Source of the DNA: Eledone cirrhosa
Lineage: Eukaryota
Direction: 5' to 3'
DNA: 64,000 nt
Assembly (NCBI GenBank): GCA_964016885.1
Contig: OZ024742.1
Coordinates: 28,520,001 to 28,584,000 of the forward strand
The notes under the pieces were generated by a model that had not been told where the DNA came from, did not search any database, and saw nothing but the letters and a program-made list of their open reading frames with translations. This document shows, in pieces, positions 62,150 to 64,000 of the stretch. Numbering within the stretch: position 1 is the first letter of the stretch; each line of letters opens with the position of its first letter. Made by a program: the position numbers and the translations under genes.

Positions 62150-62600
62150 ATTAAAAATAAATAAGGAGATTGCTCCTTCTTAGTTAGAGGTGGGATTGAA
62201 CCAACTAATGTTTCTTTTCCTACATCTATACATAATTATTCTACTTCTGTGTAGGATATCTCTCTTTTAATATTGCTTCTATATTGGCTGTGATTGGAAT
62301 ATATCAAGGAATCATAAAGGATTTGTTCATTAAGAGAAAGGTTAGAAAATCAAAGTGATATATATTTTTACTAAATATTTAATGATATACATAAGATGAT
62401 TTGTGATTATATGTATAATTCAATGTTTTATTACATTTGAAACAAGAATTACAAAGTATTATGGAAGCTATAATTGAGATTGAAGAATTTAACAGTGCTG
62501 AAGTATGTATCAATATTATAACACTAATACCTCCACATCTGAATTTTAATATCTGCCTCGGGTGCCTGGGTATTTTCCAATACAGCTTCTCTCCATATGT
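62150..62600 (-). pseudogene. Ancient Naiad-type Penelope RT relic
   Basis: Collinear decayed motifs VKFFNL, TNHL..IIKYLVK, SNL..NEQI and RKRNISWFNP (62221-62192), matching the intact ORF at 6602-8752. Confidence 0.55.
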
Positions 62601-62666
62601 GCACATACACACACAAACATGGGGTGCCTGAGTCATTTCCAACGCAGCTTGTCTCCATGTCTCCAT

Positions 62667-62920
62667 ATCATCATCATCACAGTTTAACGTTAATTTTTCC
62701 ACGCTTGCATGGGTTAGACAGGTCATCCATGACGAGAGGCAAGTCTGGGAGAAAATCAGGTCAAAGGACCATGTTTAGCTCACCTGGGGCAGATCTTGGC
62801 TTGGTTTCTACAGCTGGATACCCTTCCTAATGCCAGCCACATTTACAGTGTGTGCTGGGTGCTTTTTATCATGTCACCTACACAACCACTTTACAGTGTG
62901 GACTGGGCACTTTTGCCTTG
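62667..62920 (-). mobile_element. RTE-tailed SINE
   Basis: gcatgggttagacagg...tttctacagctggatacccttcctaa. Confidence 0.7.
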
Positions 62921-63239
62921 GAACTAGGGAGGAGGGAGGAAGCTTGGGGAAATTGCGGAAGTAGGTAACAGGGAGGGATGGTTATCGCAAAGGGAGGTGT
63001 ATGGGAGGGGAAAAGGTTGAGGAAGGTGTTGGCTACTAGGTATAAGACTCGCCTGAGAATAGTAGAGGGCGAGTCTTCTGAATAGCACCAGAGGTCACAA
63101 TCTTATGTCATATACACACACCCATATATATAGATATATCCAGGGAGTGTAACGCGGAGTTACTGAAGGTTCACCCAGGTGAGCACTCGATGTTTAGGTT
63201 CACATGAGTATCAAGGTGTAGAGCTAGATAGAGTGTAAT

Positions 63240-63338
63240 ATAATAATTGTTTCTACTATAGGCACAAGGCCAGCAATTACCCAGTGTATTACTGGTACTT
63301 TATTTTATCGACCCTGTAAGGATGAAAAGCAAAATTAA
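63240..63338 (-). mobile_element. SINE family A 3' half, interrupted at 63338
   Basis: Breaks off at gatgaaaagcaaaattaa. Confidence 0.8.
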
Positions 63339-63339
63339 G

Positions 63340-64000
63340 ACACCCCCACTAAAGAACAGTCAGGAACTAGAGAAAAACACAATGGAAAGCATCCAGCAAA
63401 TAGCAAACTCCATCCACCAGAGCATTAGAGTTACTATAGACTACCCAAGTAGACACCCCAACCATCGATTACCTGTACTAGACACAGAGCTCTGGTTAGA
63501 TACCATTAACAACCAAAAACAAATCCTCCATTCCCATTATGCCAAACCCATGACTTCCAAACATCTGATCCACCGAAACTCGGCCATTTCGGACCATACC
63601 AAAATCAACATACTGATTGCGGATTTGGTACGGGTGATGAGAAATGTGTCCCTCATGTGCAACCCCGAAGAACTAGAGAGACACATACAACACTTCATCC
63701 ACCGTATGCAGTTCTCTGGCTACAATCAGAGAGATAGAATCAGAGTGTATAAAGGAGCCAGAACCAAATGGGAAAAAATGGTAAATAATGACATAAATGG
63801 GACCTGCCCCTTGTATAGGAGCAAATTTTGGAATAGAATAGAAAGAACTAGGAACAAGGCCAATAGAATAAACTCATGGTATGATAGCAATAAATACCAG
63901 AGTGTAATGTTCATCAATACAACCCCTAGAGGCGAACTAGCCTACAAATTTAGAAGGGCCCTAAATAAACATAAACTCAATATTAAGATAGTAGAAAAAC
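63340..64000 (+). CDS. Penelope-like RT C-terminal/thumb region (second family); 5'-truncated, continues beyond the window
   Basis: 220 stop-free codons: IANSIHQSIRVTIDYPSRHPNHRLPVLDTELW...HYAKPMTSKHLIHRNSAI...RMQFSGY...PLYRSKFW...VMFINTTPRGELA. Absent from the ORF track, probably because there is no stop before the edge. Confidence 0.8.

Noticed and set aside
63044-63077. 10-bp hairpin AAGACTCGCC/GGCGAGTCTT
   Set aside because: Isolated, with no supporting termini or context.

Overview
AT-rich, extremely microsatellite-rich eukaryotic DNA, most consistent with an octopus/coleoid cephalopod genome (inferred from tRNA-CORE and RTE-tailed SINEs and the (TA)n/(CA)n/(GA)n load). I found no host gene I can support; almost all ORFs in the track are translated simple repeats. 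The real content is mobile DNA. (1) A 5'-truncated but uninterrupted 716-aa Penelope-like (Naiad-type) RT + GIY-YIG ORF (8752->6602, minus) sits in a (TA)n array. About 3.2 kb downstream on the same strand is a type I hammerhead ribozyme fold with a ~90-nt insert in loop II. The ORF also carries a ~104-aa in-frame linker that an older relic in this window lacks. (2) A second, different Penelope-like RT ORF runs off the right edge (63340->64000). (3) A complete 547-bp non-autonomous Helitron (15525-16071, minus) whose removal restores the host microsatellite. (4) Fragments of RTE, R4/Dong-like, Vingi and CR1 LINEs, several MITEs and more than 20 SINE copies. (5) Four further minimal or decayed hammerhead motifs and several long palindromes. 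(6) Large minisatellites with 33-39, 76, 108, 81 and 21 bp units. All calls are by eye; family names need database confirmation.
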